A model generated the notes under the pieces. It was not told the origin of the DNA, made no database searches, and was given only the letters and a program-made list of their open reading frames with translations. Below are positions 9,621-19,772 of a stretch of 64,000 bases of DNA, piece after piece. The stretch spans positions 96,001 through 160,000 of the forward strand of contig JBMOPW010000032.1 in the NCBI GenBank assembly GCA_049322915.1, in the 5' to 3' direction. The position numbers were made by a program, and so were the translations under genes. This DNA is from Candidatus Zhuqueibacterota bacterium. Its GTDB lineage: Bacteria > Zhuqueibacterota > Zhuqueibacteria > Thermofontimicrobiales > Thermofontimicrobiaceae. Each line of letters starts with the position of its first letter. The first letter of the stretch is position 1.

Positions 9621-11432
9621 TTAATTTCCCAACAACCCTCCCCGCTGATATATTTCCAATTGAACGCTGGAAAATGGCTCGCCCTGAAACGTCTTCTGTT
9701 GCGTGATCAGCTTGATCAGCCCTGTCTCGAAATTCACCTGAATTTCCTCGCCGTCCTGAATTGTCGTTAGCGCCAGATCCGCCCGTAGAATGGGCATGCC
9801 GGCATTGATGGCGTTGCGCTCGTAAATTGCGCCGAACGATTCGGCGATGATGACCGATATGCCGAGGCTTTTGAAGCAATCCACGGCCTGCTGACGGGAA
9901 CTGCCTGCGCCAAAATTTTTCCCGGTGATGACAATGTCCCCTGGTCTGGCTTTTTTCGAAAAGTCCTCCCAGCCTTTGAGATTGTCAAATGTGTACTGGC
10001 CCATCTGGGTGATGTCCGTAATGGCCAGATAGCGGTTGTGAAAAATCATGTCTGTATCGATATTGTCGTGACGAATGACCCAGACCCGGCCCTGGACAGC
10101 TTTTGGTTTGGGACCGGCTGCTTCAACTTTTTTGTCCTCGGAACGCTGCTTTCGTTTGACAAGGCCGGATTGAAATAAAATGGGATTCCTCGGAATGCGC
10201 TTGGCGACGGTGATAATGCCGGCGCAGGCCGACGCGGCAACAGTCGCTGGCGAAGCCAGATAAACATCGCCTTTGCCCTGTTTGCCGGTGAAGTTCCGGT
10301 TCCCGGTGCTGATGGTGATCTCGCCGGGACCATTCTGCCCAATTTGTCCATTGGCGCAGCCAGCGCAGCCGGCATTGCCAACCAGCGCCCCGGCGTCTTT
10401 GAACACTTCAATGAGACCATCGTCCAGGCAGCGTCGCCAGACAGAGTCCGTGGCCGGGACGATTTTCAGCACCACGCCCGGCGCAATTTTCCGTCCGTTG
10501 AGAATGCGGGCAGCCTCCACCATATCTTCGTAACGGCCATTGGTACAGGAACCGATGAAGGCGGAGTCGATTTTGATGTCGGCGATATCGCACGTCGTGA
10601 TCACATCTTCCGGATGGCCCGGGCGGGAAATGAGCGGCTCCAATCCCTCAATATCCACCACCAGTTCGCGAAGGTATTCCGCATCCGGATCGGCGTAGAC
10701 TGGCGTCACCTTTTTGCCATTTGCGTGATTGCTATAATCGATGACTTCCTGATTGGGCGGGAAAAGCATGATGATGCCACCCATCTCCGTGTTCATGGAG
10801 GCAATGGTGATCCGCGCGGCCAGACCCAGTTCATCCACAATATCGCCATAGACTTCGGAGGCGCAGCCCAGGAGCCCGTTTGCGCCGGTCACGCGCAAAA
10901 TCGCCAGCGTGATGTCTTTCGCAGTGGCCAGGGGATTTGGCTTGCCCTTCAAAATAACCTTCACTGTGGGCGGGACTTTGAACCAGATCTTGCCATAGGC
11001 CCAGGCAGCGGCAATATCCTGATCGCCCATTCCCTGACCAAAGGCGCCTATCGCGCCCATGATGTTGGCATGGGAATCGGTGGAAATAAAGGTATCGCCG
11101 GGTTTCACCAGCCCTTTTTCAATGGCGATGTGCGTGCCAATTCCCTGGTCGACATCGAACAGATTGATCCCTGTCTCGCGGGCGAAGAGACGGCAGATGT
11201 GCTGATTGGTCGCGTATTTTTGATCCGAGCCACCCGGGTTACAGTCGAAAGTGAAATAGGTTTTCTCCGGATTGTCTATGGTCAGGTTGCTGTCTTTGAT
11301 ATTTTTAACGACATTCGCGCCGCCGAAATCACGCGCAACACGCGCATCGATGGCTACGTCCGCGATGTCGCCCGGTTTGACGGGTCTATTGCTATGAGAT
11401 TCAATAATCTTCTCGATGATTGTCTTACCCAT
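9621..11432 (-). CDS. Fused large+small subunit aconitase-family dehydratase (homoaconitase/IPMI-like)
   Basis: STDSHAN, GSCTNGR, GCAGCA, STGNRNF, LASP, then a basic linker and a swivel domain DNIDTDMIF..NFGAGSSRQ; GGAGGAG RBS. Confidence 0.9.
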   Translation of the reverse strand: MGKTIIEKIIESHSNRPVKPGDIADVAIDARVARDFGGANVVKNIKDSNLTIDNPEKTYFTFDCNPGGSDQKYATNQHICRLFARETGINLFDVDQGIGTHIAIEKGLVKPGDTFISTDSHANIMGAIGAFGQGMGDQDIAAAWAYGKIWFKVPPTVKVILKGKPNPLATAKDITLAILRVTGANGLLGCASEVYGDIVDELGLAARITIASMNTEMGGIIMLFPPNQEVIDYSNHANGKKVTPVYADPDAEYLRELVVDIEGLEPLISRPGHPEDVITTCDIADIKIDSAFIGSCTNGRYEDMVEAARILNGRKIAPGVVLKIVPATDSVWRRCLDDGLIEVFKDAGALVGNAGCAGCANGQIGQNGPGEITISTGNRNFTGKQGKGDVYLASPATVAASACAGIITVAKRIPRNPILFQSGLVKRKQRSEDKKVEAAGPKPKAVQGRVWVIRHDNIDTDMIFHNRYLAITDITQMGQYTFDNLKGWEDFSKKARPGDIVITGKNFGAGSSRQQAVDCFKSLGISVIIAESFGAIYERNAINAGMPILRADLALTTIQDGEEIQVNFETGLIKLITQQKTFQGEPFSSVQLEIYQRGGLLGN

Positions 11433-11738
11433 TATTCTCCTCCGCAGCAGTTAGCTTGTGAATTCATCCAATATGAAAAAGCTTGATTCAGGAACAGGGG
11501 AAAATATAAAAAAAATATTCTACAAATCAAACAAATTCTTTTTGGAAAATGAAACGCAAGGGGAGATTGAAGGAGCAGCTCAGGCGCGGGAAAAGCGGTC
11601 AGCGCTGAAGGAGCGATGCTGCGGGACACAGGGAAAGCGCCGGAGTGTCGCTGTGCGGCCATTCCCATCGCATTCGGAAATCGGTTCGGCTATGAGTCCA
11701 CGGTACAGCCAGTGGCGGCGGCTGATGCAGCATCGAAA

Positions 11739-11775
11739 ATTCTATCTTGACATTCAGGAATATTTCAATTATTTT
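11739..11775. promoter_or_regulatory. Overlapping divergent sigma70-like promoters
   Basis: + strand TTGACA (11747-52), 17 nt, TATTTT (11770-75); - strand TTGAAA (11768-63), 18 nt, TAGAAT (11744-39); lies between divergent genes. Confidence 0.5.
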
Positions 11776-11914
11776 ACTATTGAACAAATAGCGACCTGAG
11801 ACGTAAAGCAAGGGTGCCTGTAACTTCCAGCCGTGTCTGTAGATTCCCGCCATGTGAGAATAGAAATGTGGTGAGAGAGATAGAAATTTAAATTGAAAAA
11901 TGGAGGAGCGCATC

Positions 11915-13402
11915 GTGCAACAAAAAATGAGAGATGGATCAGAGGAGCCGCACCGCGACATGCTGCCGAACGAGTTTCAGGCGCATGCAAAGCAGGCTGT
12001 TGAGTGGATCGCCAACTATCTCGAAAATATGGACGCGTTTTCAGTGCTGGCAAAGACAAAGCCCGGGGATATCAAACGAAATCTGCCGGGAAATCCGCCG
12101 GACCGGCCTGTAAGTTTTGAGAAAATATTTCGTGATTTTGAAGCGCTCATCCTCCCCGGGATCACGCACTGGAATCATCCCCGGTTTTTCGGCTACTTCT
12201 CGGTCACCGGTTCATACCCCGGCATCATCGGCGAATTGCTGGCCAGCGCCCTCAATGTCAATGCCATGCTCTGGAAGACGTCGCCGGCCGCCACGGAATT
12301 GGAGGAGACCGTGCTCAATTGGCTTCGGCAAATGGTGGGATTGCCGGAACAGTTCGTCGGCGTGATCAATGACACTGCATCGGTGGGCAGTCTGTGCGCC
12401 TTGGCCGCGGCGCGGGAGTGGGCGAATTTTGACATTCGGCGAAAAGGACTGGCCGGTCGGACGGATATTCCGGCGCTGGCCATGTACACGTCAGTGGAAG
12501 CGCATTCATCCATCGAAAAGGCGGCCATTGTCCTCGGCATCGGCCAGGAAGGCATGCGGAAAATACCATCAGATGCCATTTACCAAATGGATGTCGCAGC
12601 GCTTGAATCAGCGATAAAAAACGATATGGCTGCCGGCATAAAACCAATTTGCGTCATTGCCACTCTCGGCACCACGTCGACGACCAGCGTGGATCCCGTG
12701 AAAAAAATCGCTGACCTGTGCCGGAAATACAGCGTGTGGCTGCACGTCGATGCGGCGTACGGAGGCGCTGCTGCGGTGCTTCCGGAAAAGCGCCATCTTT
12801 TCGACGGATGGGAACTGGCGGATTCCATCATTGTGAATCCGCACAAATGGATGTTCACTCCCATCGATTGCAGCGTGCTGTTCTGTCAGCGGCCCGAAAT
12901 ACTGAAGCAGGCATTCAGTCTGACGCCGGAATACCTGCGCACCGCAGAGGCGGATGAAACCATGAATTACATGGAATACGGCGTGGCTCTGGGACGCCGC
13001 TTCCGGGCGTTAAAATTATGGATGATACTCAGCGCATTGGGCCGCGAAGGCATCGTCGACGCCATCCGATCGCACATCGAATGTGCGCAGCGATTGAAAT
13101 CGAAAATGGAGGCGCATCCCGGTTTTGAATTATTGGCGCCGGTCCCGTTCAGCACACTGGTTTTTCGGTATTGCCCGGAAACAAGCCGCGGACAAAACGA
13201 TGAAGCGACCCTCGCCCGGATCAATGCATTGAACGAAACTCTGCTGGACAGGATCAATGCGACCGGGCGCGTGTTCCTGTCGCACACGAAATTGAAGGGC
13301 AAATATGCCATCCGGCTGGCAATTGGAAATTTGAAAACAACCTGGAAGGATATCGCGCTGGCGTGGGACATCATTCAACAAGAGGCTAACCAGTTGCAGT
13401 GA
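11915..13402 (+). CDS. Group II PLP-dependent decarboxylase (aromatic L-amino-acid decarboxylase-like)
   Basis: PGITHWNHPRFFGYF, SPAATELE, HVDAAYGG, NPHKW, LGRRFRALKLW; GTG start chosen after GGAGGAG (track start 11900). Confidence 0.9.
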   Translation: MQQKMRDGSEEPHRDMLPNEFQAHAKQAVEWIANYLENMDAFSVLAKTKPGDIKRNLPGNPPDRPVSFEKIFRDFEALILPGITHWNHPRFFGYFSVTGSYPGIIGELLASALNVNAMLWKTSPAATELEETVLNWLRQMVGLPEQFVGVINDTASVGSLCALAAAREWANFDIRRKGLAGRTDIPALAMYTSVEAHSSIEKAAIVLGIGQEGMRKIPSDAIYQMDVAALESAIKNDMAAGIKPICVIATLGTTSTTSVDPVKKIADLCRKYSVWLHVDAAYGGAAAVLPEKRHLFDGWELADSIIVNPHKWMFTPIDCSVLFCQRPEILKQAFSLTPEYLRTAEADETMNYMEYGVALGRRFRALKLWMILSALGREGIVDAIRSHIECAQRLKSKMEAHPGFELLAPVPFSTLVFRYCPETSRGQNDEATLARINALNETLLDRINATGRVFLSHTKLKGKYAIRLAIGNLKTTWKDIALAWDIIQQEANQLQ

Positions 13403-13473
13403 CGCGCGCGCCGACGGCGGGTTGCACTCCTTTTTTCTCACAACATGGATTGAGACGATTCAAAATTTTACTT

Positions 13474-14373
13474 ATGATGACATCACATTATTTCTACTTT
13501 CTCAGGCATAATATCGCAGCGAGGCTCTTCGGCCGGCGAAAGCCACTGTTAGCCGGATTCAAGATCACCTACCGCTGTACGCTGAAATGCCGCTCCTGTC
13601 CGTTCTGGCGAATGGACCCTGTATCTATTTCCTACGATGGCGCGATTCGCGTGATGGATTCTCTGGCCGGGCATGGCGTTCGGCTGCTCATCTTCGAAGG
13701 CGGCGAGCCGTTTCTCTGGCGAGATGGCGACTATTCGCTCGACGATCTGGTCGCCTACGCCAGACAAAAATTCTTCAGAGTCGGCATCACCACCAACGGC
13801 ACGTTGCCCATCAACTCTTCGGCGGATGTGGTGTGGGTCAGCATCGACGGACTGAAAGCGGCGCACGAACATAATCGAGGCCCGAGTTTTGAAAAAATTC
13901 TGGCCAATATCCGGCATTCACACCATCCAAAAATTCTGGCTAACCTGACCATTTCCAGTCTGAATGATGGCGAGATTCCTGAGTTGGTCAAATTTCTCAG
14001 GCCCATTGTGAAAGGCATGACCATTCAGTTCTATTATCCATTCCCCAATTCAGAAAATTTGTGGCTTCCGGAATATCGGCGGATTGCCGTACTCAATCAA
14101 TTAATTGCCCTCAAAAAACAGGGGTATCCCATACTGGATTCAGTGTCCACGCTCGAAGGATTGAAGAAAAATACCTGGCGCTGTCATGATTGGCTGATCG
14201 CCAGCGCCGAGCCGGATGGAAGGATAAATATTGGCTGCTATTTGAAAGACCGTGCGGAAATATCCTGTGAAAAATGCGGATTTGCAGCGCACGCAGAAAT
14301 ATCCGGGGCCTACGATTGGGACTGGGAAGCCATCATGGTTGGCCGAAAGACCTTTAATTTCCGAATATTTTAA
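13474..14373 (+). CDS. Radical SAM protein with C-terminal Cys cluster (DUF3463/SPASM-twitch-like)
   Basis: CTLKCRSC, EGGEP, ITTNG, VSIDG; C-terminal WRC..GCY..CEKCG. Start uncertain (track 13399). Confidence 0.85.
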   Translation: MMTSHYFYFLRHNIAARLFGRRKPLLAGFKITYRCTLKCRSCPFWRMDPVSISYDGAIRVMDSLAGHGVRLLIFEGGEPFLWRDGDYSLDDLVAYARQKFFRVGITTNGTLPINSSADVVWVSIDGLKAAHEHNRGPSFEKILANIRHSHHPKILANLTISSLNDGEIPELVKFLRPIVKGMTIQFYYPFPNSENLWLPEYRRIAVLNQLIALKKQGYPILDSVSTLEGLKKNTWRCHDWLIASAEPDGRINIGCYLKDRAEISCEKCGFAAHAEISGAYDWDWEAIMVGRKTFNFRIF

Positions 14374-14474
14374 CAGCGACATTGTCAGCGAATAAAAATT
14401 GATCGTGAAATTCATCAGGTTCCTATCCACTTTTATAGGATGAATCGGGCTAAAAACAATGTGAGGAAGACGGT

Positions 14475-15485
14475 ATGAAGAATCGAAAAATGCTTGTGGC
14501 GTTCATTGTGTTGGCGACAGTGATGGGCGTCGCCAGGCTGTTTGCCGCGGATGATCTTTGGCCGGAAATTCAGCCGTACACGACCGGCTATTTGAAAGTC
14601 TCGGAATTGCATAAAATCTACTATCAATTGGGCGGGAATCCCGAAGGAAAAGCCGTGATGGTGCTGCACGGCGGACCGGGCGCCGGATGCTCGACGCACG
14701 ATTTTCGTTATTTCAACCCGGAGAAATTTCACATCATTCTGCACGACCAGCGGGGCGCAGGCAAGAGCGAACCGTACGCCGAGCTGAGGGAGAACACGAC
14801 GCAGCATCTGGTCGGGGATATCGAGAGATTGAGGGCACACGTCAACGCGGACAAAGTGATTTTATTCGGAGGCTCATGGGGATCAACGCTGGCGCTGGCC
14901 TACGCTGAAGCCTATCCGGACAATGTGAGCGGCATTATTTTGCGCGGTGTTTTCACAGCGGCCAAAGCGGAAATCGATCACTTTTACCACGGCAATACCG
15001 CCACCTATTTCCCTGAAAATTTTGATATGCTCATGGGCCAGATTGATGCTCCGGAAAAGAAGAACTATCCGGTACAGTTATTGAAAAAAATTCAGAGCAA
15101 TGATGCGAAAATCAAAAATGAGGCTGCCAAAGCCTGGGCGCGCTACGAGGGGAAAATTGCATTTCTGGACATGCCGGATGATCGATTGGAGAAGATTCTG
15201 GAGCAGTGGCCATTCTACGCATTTTCCCTGATTGAAAATCACTACATGGCCAATGGATGTTTTTTGGCCGAACGCCAACTGCTGAACAATACCGATAAAA
15301 TTGCATCAATACCCACCATCATCATCAACGGGCGCTACGACGTGATTTGTCCGCCAATTACCGCCTACACCCTGCATAAAAAATTACCGCGGTCGACATT
15401 GTGGATCATTGAAGCCGCCGGTCATTCATCGAGCGAACCGGGCGTCAAAAGCGCGCTGGTTAGGGCGGCCAAAAAATTTGAATGA
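14475..15485 (+). CDS. pip: Proline iminopeptidase (S33) with signal peptide
   Basis: LHGGPG, DQRGAGKS, GGSWGSTL, GRYDVICP, AGHS. Confidence 0.9.
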   Translation: MKNRKMLVAFIVLATVMGVARLFAADDLWPEIQPYTTGYLKVSELHKIYYQLGGNPEGKAVMVLHGGPGAGCSTHDFRYFNPEKFHIILHDQRGAGKSEPYAELRENTTQHLVGDIERLRAHVNADKVILFGGSWGSTLALAYAEAYPDNVSGIILRGVFTAAKAEIDHFYHGNTATYFPENFDMLMGQIDAPEKKNYPVQLLKKIQSNDAKIKNEAAKAWARYEGKIAFLDMPDDRLEKILEQWPFYAFSLIENHYMANGCFLAERQLLNNTDKIASIPTIIINGRYDVICPPITAYTLHKKLPRSTLWIIEAAGHSSSEPGVKSALVRAAKKFE

Positions 15486-15585
15486 AATGAAAATGATATG
15501 GACTGTTCATCTATCGGTAACATGGTGTCATTAGCTTTCTGTGCGAAATGTCTTGATTGCTGTGTACCTAATCTGGAGGAAGAAG

Positions 15586-16737
15586 ATGAAATCGAATGGA
15601 CGAAATTTTTTCAAAATTGTGGCGGTGTTGCTGGCGCTGCTCGTTTCGTTGGTGACCAATAGCTATGCCCAGGTTGAAGCACGAACAGAAGTCGCCATCC
15701 CGGACATTCCCGGCTATCGCACCTTGAAATGCGATTTTCACATGCATACGGTCTTTTCCGATGGATCGGTCTGGCCGACTGTGCGCGTGGATGAAGCCTG
15801 GCTGGAAGGATTGGATGCCATCGCCATCACCGATCACCTCGAATATCAGCCGCATAAAAAAGATGTGTCCACCAGCCACAATCGCTCCTATGAAATAGCG
15901 CTGCCAAGAGCCACAGACCTGGGCATTATTTTGATCAAAGGCGTGGAAATCACCAAGTCCATGCCGCCGGGACATTTCAATGCCATTTTTATTGGCGACG
16001 CCGATGCGATCGATCATGACGACTGGAGAAAGGCGTTGAAGGCAGCGAACGATCAGGGCGCATTTGTGTTCTGGAACCATCCGGGATGGGTTGCCCAGGC
16101 GCCCAATGGCGCAACATGGTGGGATGAACACACGGAGTTGTTCAATCACTCTCAGTTCCAGGGAATTGAAGTGGTAAACTGGTACGATTACTACCCCACC
16201 GTCTTTCAGTGGGCGCTCGATAAAAACCTGACGATCATCGGCAATTCCGATGTGCATCCGCCGACCAATCTCGGCTTTGATTTAGCCGGCGGCGCGCATC
16301 GCCCGATGACACTGGTCTTTGCCAAAGAGAAATCCGCGGAGTCCATCAAAGAGGCGCTCATCAACCGGCGGACGGCTGTGTATTTTGAGAATTTGTTGAT
16401 CGGGACCGAGCCTTTTCTGAAGCCAATTTTTTACGGGTCCGTGAAGCTGTCCACGCCCAAAGTGACGCTTGGGGCAAAGGGGCGAGTGAATCTTCAAATT
16501 CAAAATACGTCGCAGGTCGGGTTTGAACTGGTGAAAAATGGGGACATTCAGGGTCTCACTTTCCCTGAGACGATACAGTTATTCCCGCACAAAACTGTGT
16601 TGCTGGAACTGCGCCGGGGAGAAGGTGCAACGCCCGCCTCCGGTCCGGTGAAGCTGCCTTACAGGGTGAAAAACCTGCTGATAGCCCCGGATCAGGGCTT
16701 ACCGGTGGAACTGGTCATCGATGTCGAATTCATTTAA
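15586..16737 (+). CDS. Secreted PHP-domain phosphoesterase
   Basis: Signal peptide; DFHMHTVFSDG, ITDH, GHFNA, WNHPGW, GNSDVH. Confidence 0.85.
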   Translation: MKSNGRNFFKIVAVLLALLVSLVTNSYAQVEARTEVAIPDIPGYRTLKCDFHMHTVFSDGSVWPTVRVDEAWLEGLDAIAITDHLEYQPHKKDVSTSHNRSYEIALPRATDLGIILIKGVEITKSMPPGHFNAIFIGDADAIDHDDWRKALKAANDQGAFVFWNHPGWVAQAPNGATWWDEHTELFNHSQFQGIEVVNWYDYYPTVFQWALDKNLTIIGNSDVHPPTNLGFDLAGGAHRPMTLVFAKEKSAESIKEALINRRTAVYFENLLIGTEPFLKPIFYGSVKLSTPKVTLGAKGRVNLQIQNTSQVGFELVKNGDIQGLTFPETIQLFPHKTVLLELRRGEGATPASGPVKLPYRVKNLLIAPDQGLPVELVIDVEFI

Positions 16738-16755
16738 TACGGTTGTGAGAAAGCG

Positions 16756-16792
16756 CCCCTCCTGATGAGTCCATGCCAGGAGGGGTTTTTTT
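16756..16792 (+). terminator. Rho-independent terminator
   Basis: CCCCTCCTG / CAGGAGGGG stem followed by T7, 18 nt after the stop. Confidence 0.85.
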
Positions 16793-16925
16793 ATTTATAG
16801 GTTAAAGGTCGGGATAATCACGAAGATTTCATTGCGGAAAGGCAATTTCAGGGAGGGCAAGTCATCGTTGCATGTGCGGCGCTGTCCGGTATGGCATCAC
16901 GCGTCTCCCTGAGCCGTGAATTCGA

Positions 16926-18188
16926 TCATGAATTTTTTCGACCGAATTGAAGTTTTCGTCTTAGAATATTTTGTATTGTCCGGAAGAAAGCGAAAATCGG
17001 CCGCGGAATCCGGATTGGTCTCCGATACGCTGCGCTGCGGGCAGGATACAAGTTAAAGTAGAAAAACCTGCCGCCGAACCAGAGCGAGAGGATGAAAAGA
17101 ACGATGGCTGTCCTGAGCAGGGTTGTCTTTGGCTCGTCGATGATGGCAGCAGGCCTGGAGATGACATCGCCGTTTATTCGAAAGATGGGATTCAGATACA
17201 TGGTTGAACCGGAATTTTCAATTTCGGCTCGGATGTAGGTATCGCCCTGGGATAAATTTAATTCGGCGTAGTTTTGATTTTCCGTCACGGAAACCAGTTT
17301 CCCGTCCTGGCCGATGAACCGGATTTGCCCGGCCGGATTTTTCAATTGAATGCGATAGGTGTTCTCAACCACGCTGGCGAAAAGCAGCGAGTTGTCATTC
17401 ACTGCATTCCGTCCTTCCACGCCGTACATCTGGCCTTTTTTCAGGGCGGATAATACGTCTTTTTCCGCTGTCGTTTCGGCGTTGATCATGGTCCAGCATA
17501 CGCCGGTTTGGTTGGGATCGTGGACATTGTGGGAATCATCGTCGCCAATGAGCCAGACCGCTCGACCTGCGGAGAGCGCCTCATCCCACAAAGCAACGGA
17601 TTTGCGGTAATGATTCAGCACCTCGATGGCATCGTAATTTGTCAAAATCTTCATGTTGCCGGATTCATAGCCGTGCATGAATCGGGGATGGGCGATGGCC
17701 ACGAATGGATTTTCTTCCTTCAGCAAGTTCAGGATATTTTGTTTGTGATGTTCATTTTGCCAGAACATGTATTCATGCCATAATACATTTTTCGCTCCGA
17801 TGACCACCTGATGCCGCTTCTTCATGTTGTAGCCATGCTCGTAAACCGGGATGAAAGAAATGTCCATGTCCTTCATTTTATTGATATACTGGTAGTCGGA
17901 AATGGTGATGATGTCGTAGCCTAATTTTTTGTATTGCTCAACGACGTCTTCGGTCCGGTTTCTCCCGTCTGTAGCGCCCAGCCAGGAGAGCGATTGCACC
18001 TGAAAATTGGCCTTGAACCAGTCAGGATTCATGTCCTGGTATGGATTGAACCAGGTATTTCCGGCAAAGGGTCGGGGCTCTGGAAATTTATAAATGGGAC
18101 AGGTCGCGTAGCGAACCAGGGCATGAACGATGATGACGCCAATCAGAACGAACAAGACAAGAAGAAAATTATTTATGATACGTTTCAC
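16926..18188 (-). CDS. Membrane-anchored PHP-like protein with altered metal motifs
   Basis: N- and C-terminal hydrophobic helices; KANFQVQS, ITISDY, YEHGYN, IAHP, IEVLN, GDDDSH. Confidence 0.65.
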   Translation of the reverse strand: MKRIINNFLLVLFVLIGVIIVHALVRYATCPIYKFPEPRPFAGNTWFNPYQDMNPDWFKANFQVQSLSWLGATDGRNRTEDVVEQYKKLGYDIITISDYQYINKMKDMDISFIPVYEHGYNMKKRHQVVIGAKNVLWHEYMFWQNEHHKQNILNLLKEENPFVAIAHPRFMHGYESGNMKILTNYDAIEVLNHYRKSVALWDEALSAGRAVWLIGDDDSHNVHDPNQTGVCWTMINAETTAEKDVLSALKKGQMYGVEGRNAVNDNSLLFASVVENTYRIQLKNPAGQIRFIGQDGKLVSVTENQNYAELNLSQGDTYIRAEIENSGSTMYLNPIFRINGDVISRPAAIIDEPKTTLLRTAIVLFILSLWFGGRFFYFNLYPARSAAYRRPIRIPRPIFAFFRTIQNILRRKLQFGRKNS

Positions 18189-18203
18189 AGGAGCCTCCGC
18201 ATT

Positions 18204-19772
18204 TTAATGAATCTTTGTTCCATTGAAGACAGGATAATTTTTCAGCAAGTTTTTACAATGGTGAAAATAAATGGTTTTGGAAATGACGCCGCCTCGTTCG
18301 ACAAGAATGGAATCCGGCGCTGAGATGGATTCAAAATAAGTGGAATAGTGTTTGTGCGGATCGTGTGCATACACATTGGTCGAGATGAAGAGGCCATCCC
18401 GGCCGCGCATATCCAGTGAAGCATCCCAGATACCGAATCCTCGCGAATCGGTTTTATTGAAGCACATCACGGTGAATTTTCCCCGGGTGGCGAATTCCGC
18501 TTCGCCGCTCAGGAACCATTTATGGGTGAAAAGAAATGTGCTATCCGGATGAATGTTATGGGCTTCTAAATAGTGATTGATCTGATCCCAGCCGATAAGA
18601 TCCAGCGTAGCGTCTTTATAAAAATTTTGTTTTGACATCCATTTTCTTTCGGCCATTTTTTCAAGGTGAAAGATGCCGAATTTTACGTGAAGAAACCCGA
18701 CGATCATTAGCATGAAAATGAAAACGATGGAACTGTACACATATTTTTTAAACCACGGTCGCGAGTTCAGTTGCGCCTGGATGTGGCGAGCCAGGGGGAC
18801 CAGTAAAATCACATAGCCCGGCATGGTCCAATGCGGCAGGATTGGCTTGAACAATGAGATGAAATTGATGACGACGACCGGCAGTGTTCCAAAGAAAAAG
18901 TAGAGCCGATATTCAAGGTCGCGCTTCAAAAGTCCGCGCGACAGCGTCAGGTACATTACATAGACCAGGGGAACGAAAATCATGGGAGTGAGATAGGCCG
19001 CCTGTCCTCCGATTGCCTGGAGCAGACGCTGCAACGAGATGTTATGGCCGATCGCGCGCCCGCCTTGAAACAAAAACGAGGCAAAACCGTGCTGGTAATT
19101 CCAGAGGATGACCGGAGAGAAAACAATCAATGCGAACAACGAGTACAGATAGGGGCCGGGCCTTCGGAAGATGCGCGGAAAGCCTATGACCGAATACGAC
19201 ATGATCGAAATGGCCAAAAATAGACCATGATATTTGGAAAGCATGGTCAGTCCTGTGAAGGTCCCGGCAAGCAGCCAGTTCACAGTTCGTTCGGGATTGT
19301 TGATCAGAGAGACGTGAAAGAACAGGGCGCATATCCAGAAAAAAAGCAGGCCGGCATCGGGCAAGATCATGGCGCCGGCGCCCAATGCGAAAATGGGAGT
19401 GAGATTGAGCAAAACGAAGGCGATCACTGACTCGCGCGCGGTCAGCCATCTCCTGCTCAGCCGATAGAAGAGCAGGCTGGAAAGAGAGAAGGCTAAAATT
19501 GCGCCGAGCCGAATGGTCAGTGGTGTTATTTGGCCAAGCAGAAACGGGAAGAGGCCGGCCAGCCAGGCCACGACCGGCGGATGATCGAAATAACTCAAAG
19601 ATGGCCGGAGCGAGTAGCTGAAATAATACGCCTCATCGAAACCGGGATAGAGAGCCGCTGCCAGTGCGATTCGAGCCACGAGTGACACGCCCGAAATAAT
19701 GAGAACCGAGCGCGGAAACAGTCCCGTCGATGGGCTGGTTTGTGGATAGCTGATGTGTGTTTTAGTTTCCAT
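18204..19772 (-). CDS. GT39/ArnT-like (GT-C) membrane glycosyltransferase
   Basis: DEAYY..YFDHPP, ILPDA, LSKY, PVILWN, PHW; many TM segments. Start 19772 (track 19802). Confidence 0.85.
   Translation of the reverse strand: METKTHISYPQTSPSTGLFPRSVLIISGVSLVARIALAAALYPGFDEAYYFSYSLRPSLSYFDHPPVVAWLAGLFPFLLGQITPLTIRLGAILAFSLSSLLFYRLSRRWLTARESVIAFVLLNLTPIFALGAGAMILPDAGLLFFWICALFFHVSLINNPERTVNWLLAGTFTGLTMLSKYHGLFLAISIMSYSVIGFPRIFRRPGPYLYSLFALIVFSPVILWNYQHGFASFLFQGGRAIGHNISLQRLLQAIGGQAAYLTPMIFVPLVYVMYLTLSRGLLKRDLEYRLYFFFGTLPVVVINFISLFKPILPHWTMPGYVILLVPLARHIQAQLNSRPWFKKYVYSSIVFIFMLMIVGFLHVKFGIFHLEKMAERKWMSKQNFYKDATLDLIGWDQINHYLEAHNIHPDSTFLFTHKWFLSGEAEFATRGKFTVMCFNKTDSRGFGIWDASLDMRGRDGLFISTNVYAHDPHKHYSTYFESISAPDSILVERGGVISKTIYFHHCKNLLKNYPVFNGTKIH

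Noticed and set aside
10344..11486. 380-aa + strand ORF
   Set aside because: Antisense shadow of the fused dehydratase.
11560..11615. Glycine-riboswitch-like words (GGAGA, GAAGGAGC, CTCAGG); also considered a lysine riboswitch on the - strand
   Set aside because: Spacing is too short for the glycine aptamer, and the lysine AGAGG start and ACTGTC elements are absent.
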